Below, piece after piece: positions 1 to 11,941 of a stretch of 64,000 bases of DNA. Each line of letters opens with the position of its first letter. Within the stretch, counting starts at the first letter, position 1. Location: the NCBI GenBank assembly GCA_000320545.1, contig ADNK01000862.1:137947-201946 (forward strand), given 5' to 3'. The notes beneath the pieces were generated by a model that searched no databases, was not told the origin of the DNA, and saw only the letters and a program-made list of their open reading frames with translations. The stretch is from Bigelowiella natans CCMP2755 (lineage: Eukaryota > Protista > Cercozoa). The position numbers were made by a program, and so were the translations under genes.

Positions 1-1319
1 GACGGTCGTCAGTGTTCCGACACGAGTTTGACCTCATCGACAAAGCGCTCATGGAGACGCCTGGATGGCAAGGCTACCAAGGCGAGCGCAGCCTGGCAAA
101 TCTTCTCCACTTCTCCCCCCCCTCCAACACCAAAAGTGGCAACGAAGATAGCGACGCTGCTGCTACTGCCGCGGAGATCATGTTCCAAGATGCATCTGTG
201 CTGCAGCCGGTGATGTTTGCTCTTGAATACGCGCTTGCCTCTTGGTTCGTTGCGCACGGAATCAGGCCCCAGGCCACCCTGGGTCACAGCTTAGGTGAGA
301 TAGCGGCCTTTTGTGCTGCCGGGAGCCTCACGCTCCAAGACGCGTGCCTTCTAGCTGTGGGCCGTGGAAAGGCAATGAAATCTCTGGTAAGCGGCAATGA
401 CGGCCAAGGCCGTGGCGGGATGGTAGCCGTTCGTGCTTCGGAGAGCGATGTTAAAGAGGTGCTCAATGCAAGCGGATTTTCTGGTCTTGTGATCGCCGCC
501 GTGAATTCCCCCCTCGGAGTTGTCGTCTCTGGCGAAATAGCGCAGATAGAGCGCGCGGTCCGCGTGTTCAAACAGGAGAAGAAGTGGAAGGCCAAGCAGC
601 TGGATGTGAGTGTCGCATTTTCCATCATCGTTCACCCTTTCGTAGCAGTGATGAAAGAGTGTGTAGCTCTGAAATGAGAGCTTAGCTGTAGATGATATTG
701 ATGATGAAGATGATGCCAAAAGAGAACAACAACACAACAGCAAAAGAAAAGTAGGACACGATCGTCATGCTCATACATTACTAATGGCGCTGATGCGAGT
801 CCTCTGTCATTCTCAACTGTCCTTTTGAAACCTTTTTTCACACTCGAGTCTTCTCTGTTTTTGAACCGACACACCTTCTGCACCGTTGGCTGTGTACTTA
901 CATCTATGTAGGTATCAGCTGCCTTCCACTCGCCTCTGGTCTCCCCATGCCTGGCGTCTTTGCGGAAGGCTGCCGAGAAAGTGAAAATCCTCCCTCCCCA
1001 TCACGGCATCCGCCTGCTATCTAGCGTGGATGGCAAGGAGGTAAAGGGAGGGGAGGATGCAGCAGAATACTTTGTGCGACAGGCAAGGAGTCCTGTGCGG
1101 TTCATGGAGGCACTGACTGCGAGCAAATGCAACGTGACGTTAGAGATTGGCCCCCAGCCACACCTCTCCGTCCATGCGGAGCCTGTGTTCGCCTCACATG
1201 GTGACGTGAAAAAGCAGGAAAAGAAGACCAAGACCAAGAATTCTAGGCAACGTGGCCGCATGTTTAATGTAATTCGCACTCTGCGCAAAGGAAAGGACGA
1301 TATCAATCAGATCTTCCAG
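1..1319 (+). other. PKS acyltransferase (AT) domain, probably malonyl-CoA type
   Basis: LQPVMFALEYALA, active-site GHSLGE (282-299), conserved Arg in RGKAM, IAAVNSP..VVVSG, spliced VSAAFHS, Q..SPVRF, LEIGPQPHL. Confidence 0.92.
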
Positions 1320-1407
1320 GTAATAGTCATGGGAGGGGGGGGGGAGCAGATTTGATGTCATCCTCGTCGTCAGTCGATAGAACAAGTTACAAACAGCATA
1401 TCTAACA

Positions 1408-1451
<44 letters not shown>

Positions 1452-2442
1452 ATCTTCTGTCGGCTAGGCCCTTGCATCACTCTATCGCTCTGGAGTCCCT
1501 TTGAACATGCGCGCGCTTTTCCTCCGATTGCAGCAGGAGGAGGAGGAGTACCAGCAGAGAGAGGAAGAGAAAGAGGAGGGGAAAGGACAACCGCAGCAGC
1601 AGCAGCAGCAGCAACGACAACGACAACAATATTTAGTGCGGCTGCCACCATCTGGACTTGCCCGGAAGAGGTACTGGATCGATCTTCCTGGAGTGCCCTC
1701 GCCACCACAACTCTTTCAACACAGCTACGAGGAAGAAGCAGCAGCCAAATGTGACGGTACCGAGAGTGTGTTCCAGTGTACGTGGGAGGAGGATAAGGAC
1801 CAGGAGAGATTTGCAGCTGTTGGTGGTGCTTCAGGCAAGAGCTGGGTAGCAGGAGCATCGTCATCAACGTCGTCATCAATCGTAGTAGTGACAGATAGAA
1901 AGCTAGGGCCATCATCTTACGAATCTACTCATCCAACAACCAAATCATCATCATCACGATCACCATCTTCGTCGCTCTTCACAAGGACGCTGCTTAGTGC
2001 CTTGGACACGAAGGTTGTCATTGTCGTTGTCGTCATCGTCGTCTTCGTCGTCTTTGTCGTCGTTATCTTTGTCATCGTTGGTCGTCTACGCTTTCTTCTT
2101 TTTTCATTTTAAATTGGCAGCGGAACTAGTAGAGCAGTAGGTAGCAGCTATCAGAAGAAGCAGTAGAAGGAAAGGAATTAAAAGAAGAAGAAGAAACACG
2201 TACTGGTAAACTAGGAAAAAGTATGAACTCCCACGTAGCGATGTTGACCGGTACGTTCGGGGATGATGGTGGCACTCCTACCATCTATTTGTTCTACCTG
2301 CAGTTATCATTTTTTGATTGATGTATTTAGTGGGTGGAGAATCGTCCCAGGAGCCTCGCAGCGGCAAACGAGCTGTTAGATCGCTGCTCTGTCGACGGGA
2401 AGCAACGAGGAGACACCATCGTCTACGTGCAGCATCAGCAGG

Positions 2443-2479
<37 letters not shown>

Positions 2480-4732
2480 GAAGAAGAAAGAGGTAGGCGA
2501 AGGCCTTGTCTCCTCAACATTTGGACCTCTATTCTTCCTACTAAAGGCTCTACAATTGCGCCGCGAATCCTCGCGGCCAAAGCACCTCATCGTGGTTACG
2601 TTCGGTGCACACGCTACTCTCTTCGAGGAGCAGCGATCGCCATCGTCATTATCGCAATCGTCTTCCCCTTCGTTCTTCTCAACAATCTCCGGCTCGATTC
2701 TGCAGGGCTTGTGCCGATCCTCACGCATGGAGTTCAGGGGGAGTCTGAGCATCCGACTCATCGATCTTCCTGCATCAGCAACGACGCCAACAGCAGCGGT
2801 GTCGTCATCGGTGGCGATAAGAGCAGCAAATCGAGTTGCTACGGAGGTGTTTGACGTGGTCCGTCTCGGTGGAACTGATGATGCTGCTGCTGGCATTCCT
2901 GACGTGGACGTGCTGTACCTTCCCGCAGTGCAGGAGGGGGGGGAGACGGCAGGTAGCAGCAGCACCAATGCCAGTGACAGCAATACCCATGGTAGAGAGA
3001 TGGGTATGAGGCGCTTTGTGCGCCGTCTAGAGGCCGTGGGTCGTGCCCACGATTCTGCCATTCCTCGCCATCTTGGCCGCCGTTTCGATGCATCGCCATC
3101 ATTGCCGTTTCCATTGTCTCCCTCTCCCCGTGGTCATGTGAATGATGGAGTTAAGCGCAGCACATACGCGATCACGGGCGGGACTGGAGCATTAGGCCTC
3201 GTGATGGCTTCATGGCTGCTAAGACGAGGAGCACGGCAAGTCTTGCTGCTCTCGCGATCTGGCAAGGTCCATGACTCCAACGCGCACCTCTACGCCGCTG
3301 CAGAAGCCCTCGTGAGGAAGCAGCAGCAAGAGGAGGAGGAGGAGGAGAGGGTGGATCGGACGGAAATGAAGGACGCAAAGGAGGGCGGTGCCGTACCGCC
3401 AAGATCAACAACAATAGGAGGGCGGTTGAGTATAGTGAAGTGCGACGTGAGTGATAGGAAGGAGGTGTTCCGATTCGTTCGGCGTGTGAGAGTCAACCTC
3501 GCAGGGGTCATCCACTGCGCTGGCGTGCTCGACGACGGGCTGCTCCAAAACCTGACTATCGACCGAGCGCACAAGGTCCTGGTCCCTAAGGCCGTTGGCG
3601 CGCAATGGCTGCACGAAGCAGTGCTGAAGTATATCGAAGAAGCAAAAGAGGGGGGGGGGCATCGTCGTCAGCGGTTGAAGATGTTTATGCTATTCTCATC
3701 CGTGACGAGTTTGATGGGCAATGCTGGCCAGGCAAATTACGCCGCAGCCAATGCGTTCCTGGACGGTCTAGCACGACACAGAAGGAGGTTAGGACTGAGG
3801 GCTCTCAGCGTGCAATGGGGGCCCTGGGCAGACGTTGGGATGGCAGTCGCTACTGTGGTAGTAGTCATTACACTAGTAAAACTTGCAAAATATCAAGAAG
3901 AGCAAGTCAATACATATTCGTGAAAATATGAATCCCCCTCTCCTCCCCTCCCTTCCTCCCTACCTCCCTCCCTCCCTTGCGCTCTCCTCTCTGTGGACCC
4001 AAGTGTGGGTGTGCAAACAGCCGCAGAGTTGTCCAAACAAACTTCTTCATGGTCATCATCATCAGCAGCAGCAGCAGCATTTTTCACTAATCAAACCCCG
4101 TATTTTTTTTGTCTTGGTTGTCCTTAGCTGGCCAATACGCGTAGCCAAAGCAAGTCGCTCTACGTGGCCATGACGCCTCCGCAGTGCCTTGCACCTCTTG
4201 ACGGCCTCCTTCTTATGGAGAACGAAGACTTCGCAGCGGGAGGAGGAGGAGGAGGAGGAGGAGGAGGAGGGGGGGGGGGGGGGGAGGGGGAGGAGGAGGC
4301 GAAGGATAGCAGATTCTACGTCGATTACGCTGTTGTAGCAATCTGTAGATTCCAGCAGCAGCCCTACTCCTCCTCCCCCCTCCCTCGACTATTCAGCCGC
4401 ATGCCTTACTATCGGTCCTTCCTCGCTCGCTCGCTGCCCTCTGCTGCTGCGACTGTGGAGATGGCAACAACACAGGCACAGCAACACCGTCGTCATCAGC
4501 ACACTGCCACCACAACTAGATTGCTTCCTGTCGTGAATGAGAAGGAGGGGGCGATCGAAGGGATGGAGAAGAAGGGTAACGTGGTAGTAAATGGAGGTGC
4601 TACGAGCCGCGATAACGTTGCACGAGAATGTATAGCAATTCTCGCGGAATTTGTCAGTGACGGGATTTCACTTTCCGAAGATACGGAGCTCATGGACCTG
4701 GGCATTGACTCCCTTGATTGGACCGAGGTCAT

Positions 4733-4774
<42 letters not shown>

Positions 4775-5419
4775 ACACCACCGTGTCATCGATATCCATA
4801 GCATGCGTGCGCGTCCTCATCATTCTCATTCTGCCTCCATATTTCTACCAACACTACTCAGGTTTTGGGCCAGGTGAACCGTCGAATGCAAGTGCACGCA
4901 ATGCCCACGTTGGTCCTAGAGATAACCGTTGTACGCGACCTTATCGAGTGGGTGGCGGGGCAGCATGTCCAAAATCACCAGAGCGTCTCCACTACTACGA
5001 AGAATGCTAAGAGCTATGATGACATTACGAGGCCGATGCAGATGGGACCTTCCCAGCTACTCGTCAAACAGTCCAATAATGGAGCATTCAGCAGCAACGT
5101 CGCTGCTACCACTACCACCACGTCGCCCTTTTCCTCTCCATCATCAGCCACTGTAATGAGAGGATTCGAGAGACTCTCTCCGATGTCTGCTCAAAGGAGG
5201 GAGGAGGAGACGAAGAGGAAGAGCATCAATCTCAAAGATATCACACTCGGTGTCATCGATGTGGTAGTTTCTGGTGGCTTTGGGGAGCAAGCAGACATCG
5301 TAGACGTAAAGGAGGAGACAGACCTCAACGAGCTTGGGATCGATTCGCTGGACTTTGTTGAGTAATCCTCGCCCATCACCACACACACATAATATTGATA
5401 TATACATGTATTATATATT

Positions 5420-5483
<64 letters not shown>

Positions 5484-7976
5484 GCTGGCATGCTATCTCG
5501 TTTAAAGTAACGTCAACGTCCTCTCTAGCATCATCACTATCAGCGCCATCATCATTATCACCACCGTTGTTGATGCTGAGCATGAAAACTATGCAATGTA
5601 TGCCCAGGCTGCTCCGAGCGGTGGGTACGCGATTTGGCGTGGACGCTCCTCCTACGCTCGTTCTTGAGGTTCAGTCGGTCGGGCAGCTCGCAGCTTACGT
5701 GCATGGGCAGTTGACGGAAGGAGAGATAAGTGGTAGGGAGGACGACGAAGAGATTGGAGAAGGGGACCGCCTCCACGAGTCCTCGCACAACAACTCTGCT
5801 TACGACTCAAAGGCGGCAACGTCAATGCATCAATCACTACTTGGTCGGGATGATGGGAAGCAGCAGCCCCTGTCCTCTTTTTCCTCGAAGCCGGTTTCTC
5901 CTGAGCAGAGGAGAGCGCTGCAGCTCGAGCACGAGTTGAACGTAGTCATGATGCCCCAGGGTGTCACCCAGATGGCGGTCAATATTCTAGGCTCGCTCCT
6001 ACGTCTGAGCGTGTATGCAGCAGGCTTTGTACCCATCGTCCTCATCGAGGAGAGAACGCACTTTTTCTCGGAAAGGTTTTCAGAATAATGATGATGGCGA
6101 TGATGGTGGTGGTGATAATAACGATGATGGTGATGGTGATGATGATGATGATGATGGTTGCTTGCTCTTGGGCGATACGAACACTAAAGGTATAAACCAT
6201 ATGCGACAGAGTTGTTAGGAGATCAGGAAAACGAAGAGAAAAACCTAACGATATTGTCAATCTTCATTGATGTTAAAAATCTTCTTCTGCTACAGGTATA
6301 ATAGGGTAGAGGCACGCTCTGCATTGGAGCTTGCCGTGTGGTTCAGCGGAATGCTAACGCTCTGGACAGCGTGCTCCATGATCGCGCTCATAATTTTCAA
6401 GTGGCTTATCGTGGGCAGATATCGAGAGGGGAACTTCCACAGGTACAGCTGACAAAAAGGAGCAGAGTATCGAGCATATTCTCTCGTTGCCGTCCTTACG
6501 GCGGTAGCAACCGTGTCGTAGTAGTCAAAGATTTGGAATGTTAAGAAATGTGACGATAATGATGATGATTATTTATTTACTTAATTACTTACTTGCTAGG
6601 TGGTCATGGGAAGGTGCGAGATACGGGCTGTATGACCTTGTAGGGGGGCTGGACGGGCCTATTGGCTGGGTCTTCAACTCGCTTCCAGACCCCATTCAGA
6701 GAACGTATGTTGAGCGACAACAAACAACAACAGCAAAAAAAAAAACAATAATGAGATCAAGAAGAAGAAGAAGAAGAAGAAGAAGAAGAAAGTGGGATCC
6801 AAAAGAGAATAACACTACGATGTCGCTAGTATATCGCCAACTATAGTTACATGCCATTATTCAACTCAACTCCTCCTTCCTCTCCTCCGTACTCCTCCCT
6901 CTCCTACTACTACCACTACTACTACTATCACTACTACTACTTCCGATTACAATCCCCTTTGCAACCCCCGCAGGTATTTTCGAGCGCTAGGGGCAACCAT
7001 AGGCTCGGATGTGACGCTGCACGGGGAGATCACCACCGGTTATGACCTGATCAAAATAGGCAATGGAGCTGTCATCGAGTCCGGCTCATCGCTGAACCCA
7101 AGTAATTACTTAACTGAAATAAAATCTCATCGTTCGCCACCATCATCAATAGCAATATCAGCATCAGCATCAGCACCAGCATCATCAACCTAACAGATGG
7201 TTTCCCCAACACCAGGCGTAACGGAGGACGGCGTTTTCGTGCAATACGCGCGCATAACCGTGGGTGCGGAGAGCTTGGTAGCAATCCGATCAAGGGTCGG
7301 CCCAGGCGCGTGCCTCGGCCAACGCGCAATGCTCGCACCCTATGCCTTTGCCCAGGGCTACGTGCCACCACTCTGCGTTGTCACCGGGGAGAATTCCTAC
7401 CTCAAGAAGCCCAATAGTCCTGGCTACAAACGCGTGCCTCAGAGCGCGCTTGCATTCCCCAGAGGCGGTGTTACGATGTTCTGCCTGGAGGCGGTTGCGT
7501 TCATATACCTCGCCTTTTGTAGCGGACTGTGCATTATGTCCGGCTTCCTTGTGCGCGCCGCGGTTGCAAAGGCGATCTGGGAGGGCATTGACAAAGATGG
7601 CGAGGAAGACGGAGGGGGGGGGGTGATTAAGTGGGACTTCTGGTCTATCACGATGGTTCTCACGATTGCACTTCTAGGAGCCATGCAGGCCTGTGTTTTC
7701 CCAGTCGCGCTCATCAACAAGTATCTCTTCACTGGCCGCGTCCGAGCGGGCCGACGAGCACTCACGCAGCTTTTGTGCGTGCGCCACAAGGTTGCAGGCC
7801 GCTTGATCGCGCTCGGTGATATGATCTTGCTGGCCTACTTTGAATCGACACCTGTGCAAACCGTCTGGTAGTAGATTGAACATCAACTCGTTAACGCAAG
7901 CATGACTATAGTTTCTTCCTCAATATCTCATTGGCAATAATGACATCTATCACGCACGATTCCATCTGTCCACACA

Positions 7977-8030
<54 letters not shown>

Positions 8031-10090
8031 ATCTCCCCTAACTTAAGAAAAAGGAGCCTCCTGTCTCTGTATGCTTGAATGCACTGCTGTTCCAATAATA
8101 TGATTACGATAAATGAAGGTACTGGCTCCTGGGTGCCAACTTAAAGATGTCGTCGATCGTGAGCTCGTGGGACGGCGTGCAAATCGCTCCGGATCTTCTT
8201 ACCGTAGGCCGCGACGCATACATAGGCAACGCGCCCTATATCGGGTTTGTAACAGTGCACAAAGAGAGAATGGAGGTGAGCTTTGACCCTATCGTCGTAG
8301 AGGAGAAAGTCTTTGTTGGGCCGTTCTCCCATCTTGCCGCCGGCACGCATATCCAACGCACGGGCGCGGTCTCAGCGATGGCGATCCTCAAGCGTAACGA
8401 AAACGTTCGGAGCTTTACGACAAGGGTTGGCTATAGGGCAAGCGTATCATACCGGCCGGAGGGCATCTACGCCCCGATGACGCTCTATACGTTCATCCTT
8501 GTCTCTCTCAGCTCGCTTCACATGTGCATGGAACTAGGTGCCGTCGGGCTCCTCTTCGCAGCCGTAGAGTACGTGCTCTTCAACCCGGAGAAGCTAGGCC
8601 TGCCCAAGTACGGCGCCAGTAATAGTGTCGTGAGAAACCACGGCGAGTGGATCATGATGATGACAGCTGTCGTCCTGGCGGTCCTTAGTGTGCTCTCCTT
8701 GCTCATCTCCATCGTGTATATTTTCATTGCTTTGGCTGTGAAATGGCTGACGATGGGTCGCGTCGATCCCGAGCGCAAATACCCTTTGCGAGGCAGATAC
8801 CACGCGATGTGGGTATTCAATCTCCACCTGATGTACCGGGTTAACGGCATCCTGGGCGCGCTCAAGGAGACTGGCATCGTGTCATACGTGTATCGATGGT
8901 ATGGGGCACGTGTGGGTCGCAACGTGAGATTCTCCGGGCTCGGCTCTTTATTCCCAGAGGCTGATATCTACGACATCGGTGACGGCGCGTTCATTGGATG
9001 CGCCGCGTATGGGCATAACTTCCTGAGAGGGCACCTTCGATTTGAGCCCATCGAGATAGGGAAAGGCTGCAGGCTAGTGCGCTCCGGGACACAGGTCGTT
9101 CCTGGTGTTCGACTGACAGAAAATATCGATATCGGACCAGGCCTCAATCTTATCCTTCCTGGCCGTTATGACTCGCCTGGAATGAAGCTCATTGGCATCC
9201 CAGGCCGACCATGCGTACGCGAGCAAAGACGGCGCAAACAGCGCCCAGGAGGGGGAAATAGGGAGAGCGAGGATTTTGACAATATTAAAGAGATAAAGAG
9301 AGCCGATACCCTCTCTGGAGAGCAGAAAGGAACGAAAGAGAGTGCAATCCCCCGAGCCTGGGTACGTAAGGACTTTCTACAATCAGCTGCTAATCATGAA
9401 CAAGGGGAGAACTTCATTAACACGAGTTTTAATCCGGAGCTTTACGACGACGCGCTGCTTCTTGGCGCTGCATCACCAGAGGCATCCTCTACCACTCTCT
9501 ATTGGAGGAAGAAGAAAAAAGGACAGGGATTCTGGAACTCAATCCGATTTGGCATCTTCAGCAACAATGAGGAGGAGGTGGTGGATAGCGGCAGTTACTA
9601 TGCACTCAATGATGGGGGGGGAGCACAAAATGGTAAAGACACCACGATTCATATCAAGCCCAAGAAGAATGACGGCCAAAATATCGTAAATAGCGGACGC
9701 AGTAGCAAGGATTACAGTTCACAACAAGATATAGTTGATGAGGTTGACTTCGGAGAAGAAGACATAGAATCCCTCTATAACGTTGTTACCTCCGGTAAGG
9801 GTAGCATAAATGGTAGTAGTGATGACAATCATGGCTATCTTGGTAGCAAGAGTTACTCCATGAAGGGTCGCCACGCCTCCAATTTTTCCGTCCTCCACGA
9901 AGACGATAACAACGATGAGATGCAGGGTAAAGAGCCGAAGGAAACAAAAAATAACGTCGGAGGTTTAGTCAGCTATTTCTGGCGGGGCGAAAGCAACAAT
10001 AAGAATCGGAATAAAGCCATCAAACGCAAGATGAAGCTGGACCCGGACATGACTCGTGGACTTCTGGATAGCAGTACCACTGATAAATAG
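1..10090 (+). CDS. Type I polyketide synthase, 5'-truncated by the window edge: AT-(psiKR)-KR-ACP-ACP-Pls-like (TIGR02353-type) membrane terminal domain. Hand-spliced exons: <1-605, 912-1319, 1468-2013, 2331-3857, 4128-4727, 4862-5361, 5608-6075, 6296-6442, 6600-6704, 6974-7101, 7216-7867, 8119-10090
   Basis: All 11 GT-AG junctions keep phase and rebuild motifs split by introns: LD|VSAAFHSP, FQ|ALASLYRSGV, DSLDWTE|VLGQV, DSLDFVE|LLRAV, HR|WSW, T|YFRALGATIG, W|YWLLGANLK. AT GHSLG at 282-296; post-AT linker LPPSGLARKRYWI; KR motifs GGTGALG, LDD and NYAAAN; two LGIDSL ACPs. The junctions at 2013/2331 and 3857/4128 are the least certain. Confidence 0.9.
3159..3857 (+). other. PKS ketoreductase (KR) catalytic domain, B-type (LDD motif)
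   Basis: YAITGGTGALG (NADPH site, 3177-3197), LLSRSG, CDVSD, HCAGVLDDG (LDD 3528-3536), K in PKAVGA, SSVTSLMGNAGQANYAAAN (Tyr codon at 3738), SVQWGPW. Confidence 0.93.
4614..5714 (+). other. Tandem acyl carrier protein domains ACP1 and ACP2
   Basis: DLGIDSLDWTE (Ser codon at 4710) and ELGIDSLDFVE (Ser codon at 5345); both continue after an intron into PTLVLE helix-III motifs. Confidence 0.88.
5398..5482. repeat. (TA)n microsatellite in a PKS intron
   Basis: Direct reading. Confidence 0.95.
5940..9215 (+). other. Pls/PosA-like NRPS terminal domain (TIGR02353-type): three TM-hairpin plus beta-helix-like repeats
   Basis: Three repeats, each with hydrophobic helices followed by KWLIVGRYREG / KYLFTGRVRAG / KWLTMGRVDP, then YFRALGATIG / YWLLGANLK / YRWYGARVG, then DLIKIGNGAVI / DLLTVGRDAYI / EADIYDIGDGAFI, then ITVGAESLV / IVVEEKVFVG / IEIGKGC. 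The last repeat has GHNF and ends LIGIPG. This matches the Pls-family consensus as I recall it. Confidence 0.82.
7971..8028. repeat. Compound (CA)n(GA)n microsatellite in a PKS intron
   Basis: Direct reading. Confidence 0.95.
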
Positions 10091-11128
10091 ATCTCTAATA
10101 GCCTTACCAATCAAGCTAAGCCGCTATGTTTTGTCGGTATATATTGTTTTGTCAGTCATGTATTGCGCACAGTCCGGTATCTACTTATACACAAACGAAA
10201 TATGAGACGGATGTAATGATGTGATTGAATCTTTTCAATGGTCACCTACGTAGCTAGCTCCTTTTGATTCGCGTACGTATGCGTATCGTAGCAATATAAA
10301 GCTAGCATTTCTTACACACACATAGCTAGCTAGCTAGATAGGCATATATGAGACGGATGTCATGAATGAAAATTAAATTACATTTTATAATTGGTCATCC
10401 TAGAGTAGCTATGATAATAGCAGATATGTAATTACTTGTGTCTATTATCATGGCAGCTGCGGCTACACGTAGATGGGCGTATGCTAGGAGCACAAAGCTT
10501 AACAAAACATTACATGCGTGCCAAAGCGCTGCGCTGTACGCGCCATACCTAGATATCTGCACCTTCCAGGCTATATGGCATTCTGCGTGGAGGAACTACA
10601 TGCTATGCATGCACTTAATATTCCTTTCGTAGATTTGGCAAAGATCAATGAGTAATGTAACTTCTTTCATATTTCATATTACGCTGAGAGTTGTGCAATA
10701 AATCAAGAGGTTTGAACCCTAATAGGAAACTATATGACCACATGTTCTTTAAAAAAAACAAGTATGAGGATATAGTAATCCCTGATTGGTCCTGTTTTGA
10801 AAGAGGCAATTCAAATTCCGCCAAGAATCGTCGTAAAACATGTCAATTGTTAGAGGTAATCTCTCTACCTTTGAACAAAAAAAGAATTAAATATGAAGTG
10901 CTACTTCATCTTGAATGTATAAAAAAGTTTTTTGCGACTCCCTCTTCGGGAGTGCGGCAAGGACGGATCTTCTCATTATTATAATCATCATTGTTGCTTA
11001 GTCATCATCAACACAATAGGCGGGTCAATTGTAGATGAGATGAAACTGGTTTGTTAAAATTGTAAAGCATCACTTTTCTGGCTGGCATTATCTTGAAATT
11101 TGTGCCGATTTTCCTGCAGCAGCGTAGA

Positions 11129-11899
11129 TCAGATGAGAATGACGGAAATGGGTAAGAGATTCTCTCTCATCGTCTTTCGCCTTCGCCTTTGTTCTGTCTC
11201 CACAGTACACGTATACTCGTAATGATCCACTCACATCACTACGTTAGGAGGTTCATCCCGGAACAATTTCTGTCCCGATTTCATGTAGTGTGTGGTCTCT
11301 ACTTCCACATCGCTCGAGCTCATGTTTTTCTTCACTTCGCGGTTTGAGATGAGCTGGTCGACGACCCAGAAGAACATGACATTGCAGAGGAATGGCGCGA
11401 CGATCATAATCATCACTAGCTTTAACTTAGGGTTAGGATCCATCCAGAAGAACATTGCGTGCCCAAGCTGATCTATTTGGGGAGCCAAAACGAACTCGCA
11501 CGCAGATAAAATCAGCTTCACGGCGACCATCAAGAACGAAAACCCGATTAACTGCAGGAAGAACGGCGACCACTCGTTAGGTTCGCCGTAGTGGCCACAT
11601 TGCCGTGAGGAAAGTTGATACCTATGAAGTAGGCAAACAACATTTAATTTATATTACAATTGTGTGTGTGTATTTTGTATGTATGTTTAGTGTGAGTTGA
11701 ATATGTGTGAAATATGAATCACCTTTGCACTGCCTTTTCATATGGTTTTAGGAGGAGCCAAACGAGCACTACGCCAAAGAAGATATCGACGCAGAAGTTG
11801 ACGAAGTACACGTCGCACTCATCGGCTTTGGTTGTGCCGCCACCCCATATTAACAACTTGGCTGCAATAAAGAAACGAGGTAAACATCAGATTTTATTT

Positions 11900-11941
<42 letters not shown>

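Noticed and set aside
606-677. ORF read-through VSVAFSII...* suggesting the AT domain is truncated (pseudogene)
   Set aside because: GTGAGT at 606 is a canonical donor; splicing to 912 restores VSAAFHSP in frame
1700-3100. Possible dehydratase domain between AT and KR
   Set aside because: No HxxxGxxxxP motif; the segment shows structural psi-KR features (GLCRSSRME...IRLIDLP, RFVRRL)
6974-9215. Standalone hexapeptide acetyltransferase (LbH) gene separate from the PKS
   Set aside because: There is no stop or intergenic gap after ACP2; exon 5608-6075 runs from ACP2 into the first TM helix, and the threefold TM-plus-repeat layout fits the Pls-type terminal domain
10200-10410. Repeated ATATGAGACGGATGT (10200, 10346) with degenerate downstream similarity
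   Set aside because: Only two copies in a 3' flank; a simple local duplication, not an array or element
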